The notes under the pieces were generated by a model, which saw nothing but the letters and a program-made list of their open reading frames with translations, searched no databases and had not been told where the DNA came from. 64,000 nucleotides of DNA from Tubiluchus corallicola. Its lineage: Eukaryota; Animalia; Priapulida. The position numbers and the translations under genes were made by a program. The DNA lies in the NCBI GenBank assembly GCA_030141605.1, contig JAQGDQ010000001.1:1550001-1614000 (forward strand). Reading direction: 5' to 3'. Positions 12,301 to 24,300 of the stretch are shown here, in pieces; the stretch's first letter is position 1, and every line of letters begins with the position of its first letter.

Positions 12301-15300
12301 CTAATTTGTACAATATTGGTGTGATTAGAATTTATGTTTTTGTTTTAGTGCATTTTTAAGATTTTTATTAGATCGATCATATTTCTTAACAGTAGTTACA
12401 AATTTTGCTTAGCTTTGCAATTTCTAAAAAAAACTGTATTACACCACCAAAACAAAGAAATTTTGACTGGTAATTTAGTACCTCTGTAGATCGTTATTGT
12501 GTGCATTTGTCCATTTCCTCAGCATTTACATTCATAATTGCTTTTTTTCATTTAAATTTGTTTACTAAAACCTATTAATCACATAATTATAAACAGGGTA
12601 TTGACAAGGCCAGGTCTCAGTTGTTGATACTAGATCGTGGTTTTGATGTAGTTTCACCACTTTTGCATGAACTAACATTCCAAGCAATGGCTTATGATCT
12701 GCTTCCCATTGAAAATGATGTGTACAAGTGAGTGATTTCTTTGTCATTTTCAATTCAGAATTTGATGTACTTCTTTCAGTTTTGTTCTTAAAATTATTTT
12801 GCATTTCAGACAAATGTTTGTTTTTGCAAGCTAAAATGTGTGTAGTTCTTCTTTAAACATTGCCTTGGTATGCTAGGATAATATCATCAAATGTTAACAT
12901 TTCTTTATTTGGCTATTTATTCTTAACTGTTTCCATTTACTAATCAAGAAACTTGTTAATTGTAGTTTTTATTCTGCTTAGATGTACTACATGTAACTAT
13001 ATGTAGTAATGTACTTTGGAACCTTAATATCTGAAAGATGAACTCCAAATTTTTCTCAAAATTTAAATCTCTTTTATTCAAATTAACTATTTTAACAGGC
13101 CTCTAGTTTTTGCAGACTAGAGTATCATGTTATGTCTGTATTTACTTTAATCTAGAAATGTTTAAAAATTTTATATAGATATTCCACCTCTCAGTCAGTC
13201 ATGTCAGGTGATGGATTACATGACAAAGAAGTTGTTCTTGATGAAAATGATGACCTGTGGACAGAACTTCGTCATTGTCACATAGCTGTAGTGTCACAGT
13301 GAGTTCTGCATTCATTTTTTGTCTTGGCCTTGATGTATAAACCCAGTTTGGTGATGACAATTTTTGCATTTAATAGTACGCTAATAAACAACAAAAGATA
13401 ATCATTTGTAGATAATGAAAAAGAAACTTAGTATAGCAAAAGGTTAAAGTGTTAAGATTAATTGAAATTTGTGCGACAGTTTGAAATTAGCATGGTTTGT
13501 TGTTATCTGTTGTCTAACCTCTGTACTTGCATTTTCAAGCTAATACTTTAACAACAATGTTTGATGTTTAAGAACAATGCTACCCTTGTGTTTAAAAAAG
13601 TTGTTTCTACTTCATCCTCATCAGTTTATAGTATGAGTCATCATTTATTATTTGTTGTCTTATTTTTATTTAATTAGCGTGTATATGCAAATTGTTTTTT
13701 ATTTTTGTCAGATTGGTGTGCACATAATGCTGTCATCAGGAACTCTAAGTTTTAGCTTGATTTTATTTCTGAGTTATTTTGTTTCAGGCTAAGATAAAGG
13801 TTATTATGTTTCAATGAAATGTAAAAGTTATTATTATGTTTTGATGAAATGTTTCTTTCAAGTACAGTTGCTTGTTTTAGACAAGTTACAAAGCAATTAA
13901 AACGATTTGCTGAGCAGAAACGCATGTCTGGCACTGGCGAAAAGACCACCATGCGTGATTTGTCGGTTATGTTGAAGAAAATGCCGCAATACCAGAAAGA
14001 ACTGAGCAAGTATTCGACACACTTGAACTTAGCTGAAGATTGCATGAAAACATACCAGCGAGGTGTTGATAAACTTTGTAAAGTTGAACAGGTATGTAAG
14101 TCTTCATATGGTATGTGGCCTTGATTTTTCTGCTAGTAATGCTAATGTTGGTTTTTTGAACTTTTGTGTGGATGTATCAGCTCTATTGTATTCGCATCAG
14201 TTGTAACGTTTGCAAGATACAGCCACAACAGTTGAATAATTAGTGAATACTAAAACAAACGTTTATTAACTGAGCATCAGTTTAGATAATCATGAACAAA
14301 GCAAATCCAACATTACGTAACTTCTACCTCGTGGTGAGCCCGCTTAAATAATAAGGGAAATCTTAGTAAGACCAAACATTAAACTGTTAGCCACAGATAA
14401 GAACACGTCACATCCTCTTCGTTTTAAAAGTAAGTAACGTAGACCAACTAAACTGAAAAACATCAATGTAGGCAGATATCAAGGTCACAAAATTAAAGGT
14501 CAACATCAAGGTTATTAATACTCCAACTAGGTAACATAATCATTAAGAAACTTAGGTCTCTGAATTCGCCTACCAGAATGTGTTCTAATCTCGTTATCAT
14601 TCCTCTGTCTGTTATCGTTAAGTCTGTCTGGCATCACATCTTGTTTCTGTCTCATGTTGTCGTACGGGCAGTATACAGATTCATCTATATAAGTCTCAGA
14701 CGTCTTGCGCAGATGAACTCTGTTTCTTCTGTACACGGTTCCACTTTCAGTCTTTACAAGGTAAGACCTTTCACCAATCTTCCGTATCACTATAGCTTTC
14801 TCCCACATCTTCCCTTTTCGTAGAGGGTCCATACGTACAACATCCCCAACCATTAATTGAATCAAAGGTTTCGCCTGTTGGTTGTAATATGTAGCTTGGC
14901 GATCCTTCTGAGCAATGATTTTCTCTCTAGTATTTGGCACAAGTTTCGGTTCTAGCAAGGAAGATGGCATTGGTAGAGTAGTTCGTGTCCGTCTTCCAAA
15001 CAATCGTTGAGCTGGTGATGCATTAAGACCTTCCGCTGGTGTATTTCTATAAGCCAATAGAGACAAGTATGGGTCTTCTTTTGCAACTAGCGCTTTCTTC
15101 ATCAAACGCTTAGCAGTGTTGACAGCATTCTCAACTTTGCCATTTGATTTTGGATACCTCGGTGAAGAAGTTTCATGCTGGAAGCCATAAATTTTAGCAA
15201 AAGTTTTAAACTCTTGAGAATCAAATGGCACATTATCAGAACGGAGCATTTCTGGTATTCCATGCCGAGAAAAATGTGCTTTCAACTTTGTTATGACTGT

Positions 15301-18300
15301 TCTAGCTTCTTTTGATTCAAGCTTGTCTATTTCAAAGAAGTTGGAATAATAGTCAACAGTTATGAGATAATCAGTATTATTTACCTCACACAGATCACTT
15401 CCTACAATCTGCCATGGTCGAGTTGCAATTTGTGGAATCAATTCCTCCTTTTGCTGTGACCGTGGATATGCATTACAGATTTCACACTTTTGAATGTAAG
15501 ATTCAAAATCAGCGTTCATCCGAGGCCAGAATACAACTTCACGTGCTCTTCGCAAGCAGCCTTGTATTCCCAGGTGGCTAGCATGAACCATTCTAACGAA
15601 AGACAGCCTTTCGCTTGGTGGGTATACAATTCTCTCACCTTTAAATATCAAACCTTCATTTATTGCCAGTTCATCTCTATAATTAAAGTATTGCCGTAGA
15701 TCTGGTTGTACCTCAGATACTTTGCAAGGCCAGCCAGACCTAATCATAGATTGCAAAGCTTTCATCTCTCGATCGGTCACTGTAGCCACTTTGAGCAATT
15801 CAAGTTTCTCATCTTTAAAAGTAGCAGGTACGTATTCCAAAGCACGTACAGTTTCAAATTCTAAAGCAATGTCATCAGTCTCGGGGAGAGAAGCACGAGA
15901 CAAGGTGTCAGCCATCAGCATGGTTGCTCCTTTCCTATATACTACTTCAACATCATAGTTCTGCAGCACCAACATCATGCGCTGTATTCTCTTAGGAGCA
16001 CTAAGTATGCTCTTCTTGAGTATGGATTCAAGAGGCTTGTGATCAGTTTCCAGCTTTACTTTACGAGCGTAGCAGTAGTGGTCAAACTTTTGAATACCAA
16101 AAATTAGACTCAGCATTTCCTTTTCAAGTTGTGCATAGTTCTGTTCGGTTGCAGTCAAAGTTCGAGAGGCGAACGCAACTGGTTGACCATTCTGCATTAG
16201 ACATGCACCTAAGCCTGACTGACTGCTGTCACATTGCAGAGTGAGTTCTTCATCTGGGTTGTAATATCTGAGCACGGGAGACGTAGTTATGAGCTTTTTA
16301 ACCTGTGCAAATGCCTCTTCTTGTTCAGAGTTCCATCTGAATTCTGTTTTGTCAGATATTAAGTTACTAATAGGTTTTAAGACTTCAGAAAGCATAGGCA
16401 AAAACTTTGCCAAGTAATTGACAAAACCACACAGTCTTCTTACTCCCATCTTATCGATTGGAGCTGGCATATTTTGCACCGCTACGACCTTGTCGGGGTC
16501 AGCTTTAATACCATTAGCACTCAGAATATGCCCGTGGTATCGCACTTCACTACGTCGAATCTGACTTTTTTCTGGATTCAGTTTTATATTTCTTTCACGA
16601 CATCGTTCAAAGAATGCTCTAAGTTTGTTGTCATGGCCAACACCGGCTTCTGTAATGGTAGTACCACAACCATAAATTAGAACATCATCGTGGAAGTCTT
16701 CTATTCCTTTTAGGCCTTGTATTTGCTCATCCATTTTCTTCTGAAAAATCTCAGGCCAAGCCGAAATCCCAAACGGAGCTCTAGTATAACGATATCTACC
16801 GAACGGAGTATCAAATGTTGTTAGATCTTTAGTCTTTTCGCCTAGCTTCATGTGATGAAACCCACTTGTCACATCGAAAGTAGAAAAGAGCTTCGCATTG
16901 CACAGTCTAGGAGTAAGCTCCTCCATTGTAGGAATATGGTAGATTTCTCGTCTGATAGCCTTATTCAGTGGTTTAGGATCCAAGCAGATTCTGATACTGC
17001 CCGAACGTTTAGTAGCAGTTGTGTAAGCATTAACCCAGTCAGTAGGGTGGTCTACACGTTCAATAATGTTGTTTTGTTCGAGTCTGTCAAGTTCAGCTTT
17101 AAATTTATCTCGCATGTTATAAGGAAGTCGCCTACATGGTTGAACAACTGGCGGTACAGTAGGATCAATTTTCAAACTTACACATCCAGGGAATTCTCCT
17201 GGTACCTCACTGAAAATATCAGAAAATTCAGTTAGTAAAGCATTACAATCAGCAACACTACAAACATCTGAAACATGTACTGTAGGCCTAGTACTGCTAT
17301 CACTACACAACATATTAGCAACATTGGCTGATTCAACCCTTTTGAAGTTATTTTCGTTTACAGTAATAAGCTTCATTTGCTGTGAAGCACAAGAACCTAA
17401 CAATGGTACATAATTTTCGTTTACGACCAAAAAGTTCACAGAGTAACTTTTCTTATTCACTGGATTTACAATTGGCAATCTGACTTGCCCAATGGGACTT
17501 ATTTTAGTTTTGTTCCACATTTCTAACACAGTGTTTACAGTAGCAAGTTTATCACACAAGTGATGTGGCACAAGTCTTTCAGGTATAATGTTTATACTGG
17601 CCCCACAGTCAATCTGAAAAATCGTAGGTGTACCCTCCATAAGCCATTCACTGTAAATCTGAGGCTGTTGTGTGGTACACTGTTCAGTAGCATGAACAGT
17701 ATGAGTTACAGTTCCAATCATATACTCATTCGACTTTTCCTCACAGTTTGCCATGCCAAAGACACTTTGGCCTCTTCTCGACGGAAATGATTTTGCACGA
17801 GTGTCAGTTCTACCTCTAGATTTGCACATAGACTGAAAATGATTTCTTCCATGGCAAATGTTACATGTTTTGCCATAAGCAGGACATTTATTTTTGTCCC
17901 ATTCATGCTTATGCCCACAGAAGTGACAGTCAATCACCTTTTTCTTAGCACCCGTGGCTTTACTAGCACTACCTTTATGAGTTTTGGGTTTGACAGCTTG
18001 CACTTGTTCAGAGTACGAGGCTTGTTCAGCCTTTATATCTTTAAGTTGACTTGAGTTATGCAGCTACTCAATGTTAGTTTCGACTCTTGCAGTAGTCGCT
18101 TACGAGTAATATTGTCAGTTATGCCTAGGATTATCCGATCCCGTATCAGACTATCAGTTAGGTTGCCGTAATTACACCTTTTGGCTAGTGTGCGCAAAGA
18201 TGAGACATAGGCATCGATTGTTTCACCAGGATTTTGATCGCGTTTATTAAAACAATATCGTTCGTAAGTTTCATTAGTTTCTCCGACACAAAATGCTTCA

Positions 18301-21300
18301 AATTGTTGTAGAACCATTGCAACATTTGTTTTGTCTGCCTCATTTTCAAATTCTAGTCCATCAAAAATTTCCACACACTCAGGACCCAAAACGGTCAATA
18401 ATGTGGCTGTTCTAACAGCATCATTTGCTTCATTGAGCTTCAAAGCCACCTCATAATTGTCCCACACCCGACGAAATTTTCGCCAATTCGCAGCTAAATT
18501 TCCATGCAGGTCTAGTCTAGGTGGTGCAGGTAGAACACTATACGGGGAAGTAACTTGAACATGACCTTCGCCGTCAGCCATTTTATCTTACCACAGTCTT
18601 CCCGATAGAAAGTTTGGCGTTACGTAAAGAAGTGATGTTATCAGCGTATCAGTAGTTAAGCACTTGCCGATAACTTCCATCCGTACTACCATGTAACGTT
18701 TGCAAGATACAGCCACAACAGTTGAATAATTAGTGAATACTAAAACAAACGTTTATTAACTGAGCATCAGTTTAGATAATCATGAACAAAGCAAATCCAA
18801 CATTACGTAACTTCTACCTCGTGGTGAGCCCGCTTAAATAATAAGGGAAATCTTAGTAAGACCAAACATTAAACTGTTAGCCACAGATAAGAACACGTCA
18901 CATCAGTCCGCTGCCTAGTCTTTAAAACAAGCCAAAGAAAAATTTTGTTGTAAACGCAGCTGGTATTTTGATACTTTTTTAGAAATTAATAATTATTAAC
19001 TTTTTGCTAGAGTTACAGTTAACTTCAGTTATTCTTTTATGGTATGTCTCATACAATTTCTTTAGGTTTCATGAATTTTGAATAAATTTTGGAGATATAT
19101 TGATCTTTTAAGTATTGAAACACAGTTAAGCAATTGTATGAAGTTTACAGGAATAATGTTTTTTTGTGTTGAATGAGTTTGGCCGTTGCATATTTTTATC
19201 AAAAATGTTTCTACTATAGAATTGCTTTCTACTACCACCTGCATTGATGTAGGAACCTGAGCTGGCATCATTTAACTTTAGGAGTTGAATGGTTGTGAGC
19301 TAAACATCTCATCTATGCTGGTCATTAACCAAACAATTAATACACCGAGTATTTGCTGTTTATTGAATAAAAAATTTGAACCTACATTTGCCATAAATTC
19401 TTTTAGCATCCCATGTTGAGATAGTTGTGGTGCAAAAAAGAAGCCTTTTTATTCATTGTTGATTGTGAATATTTATTTGTTATTTTTTGTAAATGGTGAA
19501 GTTATCTTGTTATTATTAGGATCTAGCTATGGGGACTGATGCTGAGGGAGAGAAGATAAAAGACCATATGCGTAATATTGTTCCGATACTTCTTGACCAA
19601 AACGTTAGCATCAATGATAAAATTCGCATCATCCTGCTTTATATCATTCACAAGAATGGTAAACTTTTACTATTATTCCTGCCAAAAAAATTGTCAAGTA
19701 TATACAAGTATGGGTCATACAAGTTTAATGACTGCATTAGCTCCCAAAGCCACGATCAGAATGCTGTAAGGGGAATTTGCTTAACTAGCCAAAATTACTT
19801 AATTAAAGTTTAGAAAGGTCTACCATTTACGCTGCACATTTATGAATATCCTGTTTTCCGGATTACTTCATCAACACTTGCGATAGCTGGAGAAATGTCC
19901 AAACAATTCCAAGAACCAAGCGTATAACATAACTGTGTGTTGCTTTCAATTTAATTTTCTATTCCTTGGCCATTTTGATAATCTCTATGCATATTTTTTA
20001 TGAACATATATTTGAAATAATTGCCTTTAACAAACAGTAAATAAACGCTGATCAAATTGCCTCAGGCTGCAAAATTTACATTACAAAATTTACAAAATTG
20101 ACAGGAAAAAACAAGTCTGTCACAAAATATACATAATTATTCCAATTGTTAATTAAAATAATTAAAACGGTTAGATGAACCAATATGTTGCTGTACCAGG
20201 TCAAATACGATGACGTTCTTTTCATGACTTAGTAGAGAACTACCAGAAAAACTGAAATTTTTAGTTGTGGGTCAAAGTGATTTACGTTAAAAGAAATGTG
20301 TTTGTTTGGTAGAGGTTTGTTAATATTCTTCGAGTTCCTTTTATGATCTATGCATACTGAATATTAATGTATCATAATTTTATATGTTGTCGCAAAATGT
20401 ATTTTACCGATTCGAATAGTAAACATATTTGCTATGTATGTAATTCTGTGAAATGCTGTTTGTGTGCTGCTATTGCTAATGACCTTCTTATTTACTGGTT
20501 ATGATTGTGATTATAGGAATAACTGAGGAAAATTTGGCTAAGCTGTGTCAGCATGGTCAGATTCCCGCATCGGAGAAGAGCACCATGGCAAACATGCAGC
20601 TGCTTGGTGCACCAATTATCCAGGAAGTAAGTAGCGGTCCTCCACTTACACTCACACTTATGCAGGAAGTGAGTAGTGTTTTCGTTGTTGTGAGCTCGGC
20701 AAAGCAGCCTGGGCTCACTTAGTTATCGTTAATGCGAAGTGAGTTTAGACATAAAATGATTGTTGACGCAATTCGATAGCACATTAGTGCTTCAAATTGC
20801 ATTGGAGTGCTGCTTTATTACTATTATTATGCTGTATTCTTCTTCGCCCTGAAAGGCCTTTTGGACTTCTCTGTTATATAAGCCTCAACTTTGCTTTATG
20901 GTTCACTGACTAATTTAGCAAATCAAACCAAATTTTCAGTAAAGTTACAGCCGTTTTTACTTTATAGAAATATTATTTTATGGAACAAGCATTGTCACTT
21001 GTTAAATAAGCAGACAGCATTTGTCACAAAATTCCAGAGCAAATACAAACTGTGTAAAATCACCTAGGGCACGTAGGAGTTTCTGTCATTAATGTCCCAC
21101 TGTGAGACATATTCAGTATTGTACTCAAGGAGATTTAATTAGGTAGAGTTACATGTAGACATAAACATGAAAATAAAATAGAAACTAACGGTATCTCATT
21201 ATTAATATCATTTGTACTGGTAGATCTTTGTGACCAAAGCACTTTGACATCTGGACATCTGGCAACCCTAGCATAATTGTACAGGCATCCTATAAATCAT

Positions 21301-24300
21301 CGGCTCCATATAAACATTCTTTGTTAATCAACTTTTCATCGTTTGTGCCATAAAGTGTTGTAATTCATAGTGTCAAAAATAAATTATTATAGAAATTAGC
21401 AGAAACAAAGAAACAAAAAGGATATGTTTACCTAATTTAATTCTTATTTTGGCATTTTTTAAATCGTGTGTTACTCAGCTAACAGATGTACCAAGAGTAT
21501 CATTTTACTTGACTATATCAATACCTCACCAGAACAGATGTCTAGCAAGTTCAGCATTTATTTCAACATTAGGAAGTACTTTTGTGTGCCTGTTACAATA
21601 TTAAAATTGATTTAGATACTGTGCATATTTGGAACAGTAGCTGTGTTAATATTATTCAGTGTACTTGTACGAGATCATAAGTTTTGTGTGGTTTGATTAG
21701 CAGTGTGGTTGTTTATGTGTGCTGAATTTCACTTCATTGCATTAAAGCATGAAAATAGTTTGTCTGTTTTAACAATATTTACATCGATTACCAGTATTTA
21801 ACAACATTTTCATGTATTCCCTTTTATAGCACCTGTGAATGATAGATATTTCAGAACTCAGGGTTTGCATCCGATGCTAACCAAGCAAAAAGCATCTTAT
21901 TTAATTATTGTGGGCACCAGGTTGCTATGTCTCTGTTCACATTTTACTAATCCATTTCTTTATCTGCTTTTATTAGAGATTTTGATAATAGTCATTCTGT
22001 CGGGAGAAAAACTATTCGTTTCATTAACATCAATTCTGGTGTCACACGCACAGCACTAGAATTTTTTTTCTTTAAATGTGGTTTCATTTAGTGCTTGAGA
22101 ATTCTGAAGGTAAATTAATTTTCATTTCTAAGATTTCTCTTGCAGTTTCCCTAATGAGGTTTCTGGTCTACACTTTCTTTGACAGAATGGCTAGTCTATC
22201 TGGCATTGCACATAGAGCTATAGTTTAAGACTTAGTATGCAATTGTTAATTTTTTTAAATATCTTGTTCTGTAACATTTGATTAAAAATTTCTGTTTGTA
22301 CATGTTGTCATAGTTTTCAAGATTGGCAGTCTACAGACTACTTTATAATAGCATTGTACTGGCTGGCTTTATATTAATCAACAATTATTCTGTGTAGTTT
22401 TAAGGTTAAGGTTATAGTAACCAGCATTTGTCTCAGAAGTGGTAAGTTTATTTCTTGCATGCTTATATGTCTGTTGTTGCATTTGCTTGCATTTGGACAA
22501 AGTTTCATAAATTTGAAATGTTTTTTGAATTATAAAAACTCCTCAGTCCTTTCTATAGTATTAAACCCAACAAAACAGAGGTAACTCGTGGATAACAGAA
22601 ATAATTTAAGTAGGATTTAAAGTTTTAGGGCAGAAGGACTAAACATTTTTTATTATTTTAATTCAAACTATGTTTCTATGAATACTTTGACCTTATAATG
22701 TCTTTGGCTGTTGATAAACTAGTTTGTTGAACCATTTCACTGATGCCTGTATCTCAAGATGCTCTAAGTGTTAAAAGTTTAATAAATACTGGTAGCTTTC
22801 TTTGCTGGATAGACAGCAGGAGGAAAACATCCAAAGAATTATATATCCTACTTAATTTTATGCAGAGAGTTGAAAGCTGCTGTGCATAGCCATTTAACTT
22901 ATAGACTAGAAAGTCGTACCACCTTTATTTTGTTAAGGTTTTTTACTTTACGTGTAAGTTTATTGTTTGACTGCAACAATTTTTAAACTTAGTGTACTGT
23001 CGAAAATATCCATTTTTTGTTGAAGTCTTTTTTGCCAAAGTACCTTAATTTTTTATTGATAAAAAATCTTTTTTTATTTAGATAACAGGGCCAGTCATAA
23101 TAGGCAACAGCATTAGCCAGTGTTTTGTGAAATTTCTTCAGAAATGATTCTGTCGTAATTTCAAATTATGACTTGTACTGTAATGTTATGCTAGTTTCAT
23201 ACCGGATCTTTACATGGTTCCATTTTTCTATTTTTTTCTAGTCTAGTAGGCTGTTTAAGAACATTGATGCTTAAAGACTTGAACAATCTTTCCTTGACAA
23301 AATTCATTATTCATGATATCATTCTGTCCTTTTCCACCCTTTTTAAGGGATTTGATAAGCTTATTAAAGAATCTTTAGGGAATTTGGCATGAGTGCCAAT
23401 GTAGTTATGCAAGAAGACAATAAATTCAAAAATCTGTGAGAAGAAATCATGTTTCTTTTAAGTTGCCTTGCTATTTTAATGTATTTAATCAGTTTATATC
23501 ACATGTTGTGAAGTGATGTCTTTTCTTTTCATGTCATTATTATTTTTGTTCTATACTGTATGTAAGAGGCAGAAAAGCAAGAAAGGCCGTAAAAATTTAG
23601 TTTACTAAACTACCAGAAACTCTGGGACTGGGACCAAGAGAATTGCATTAATTGTGCAAATGTTACTGTTGGGACTCTAACCTCCGGTGTTATGAAACTA
23701 TGCATTAATGTAATTGACGTTGTGCATCTTGTGAGCACGTTTATGTAAAAGAAACACTGCTGCTTTTCCATAGGCAGTCATTGTTGTTTGAATAGTCGTT
23801 ATAGTGTGCCGTATCATATTGGCTACTGGTTCTATGGTTTTCCGTGGAACAGTCACATTTATGTGTGGGCAGGTATATAATAAAATACAATCATCAGGTT
23901 TATACCGAGTGTTCCACAAGAAATATTGCAAGTATAAATATGGTGATATGCTGAAATAAGTTGAACAAATCAGAGTGAAATGTGGTTGAGTGTTAAGTCA
24001 TTAAGTAAGCTAAACTAACTGCTGGAAGTGCATGTCGTTAACTTGTAGACGTAAAAGGGAACAATGTTGCATGTTATGAAAAACAAGCTTAAGATCGTCA
24101 GATTTGTTACTATGACTAATACTCATTATTTTGTCCAAAATGAACCGTATGACTAAAAAATAATAATATATTTGAATAACTCCAGTTTTCCTACGATATA
24201 AGTTGATTTTTGTGCATTCCAGTATAAACTTATCAACATAATTCTACTGCACTGTTTCTTCTGCAACAGCCTGTATGAAAGTTTCTGCAACTTTTAATAG

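Larger units (their letters stand above)
14202..18902 (-). mobile_element. Full-length Ty3/gypsy LTR retrotransposon (Mag/K02A2.6-like), antisense in STXBP1 intron 10
   Basis: Two 211-bp TG...CA LTRs, 5-bp TSD TCAGT (14197-14201 and 18903-18907), PBS, PPT, and domain order gag-PR-RT-RNaseH-IN. Confidence 0.98.

Noticed and set aside
14578-18054. Several + strand ORFs inside the retrotransposon
   Set aside because: Antisense shadows of pol with no motifs; no env-like or extra ORF.
22398-22447. Possible STXBP1 micro-exon ending at G|GTAAGT with a downstream TGCATG
   Set aside because: No upstream AG gives a frame-preserving, stop-free phase 0-0 exon.
23698-23931. 77-aa minus-strand ORF in intron 12
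   Set aside because: No ATG start and no recognisable motif; probably decayed repeat.
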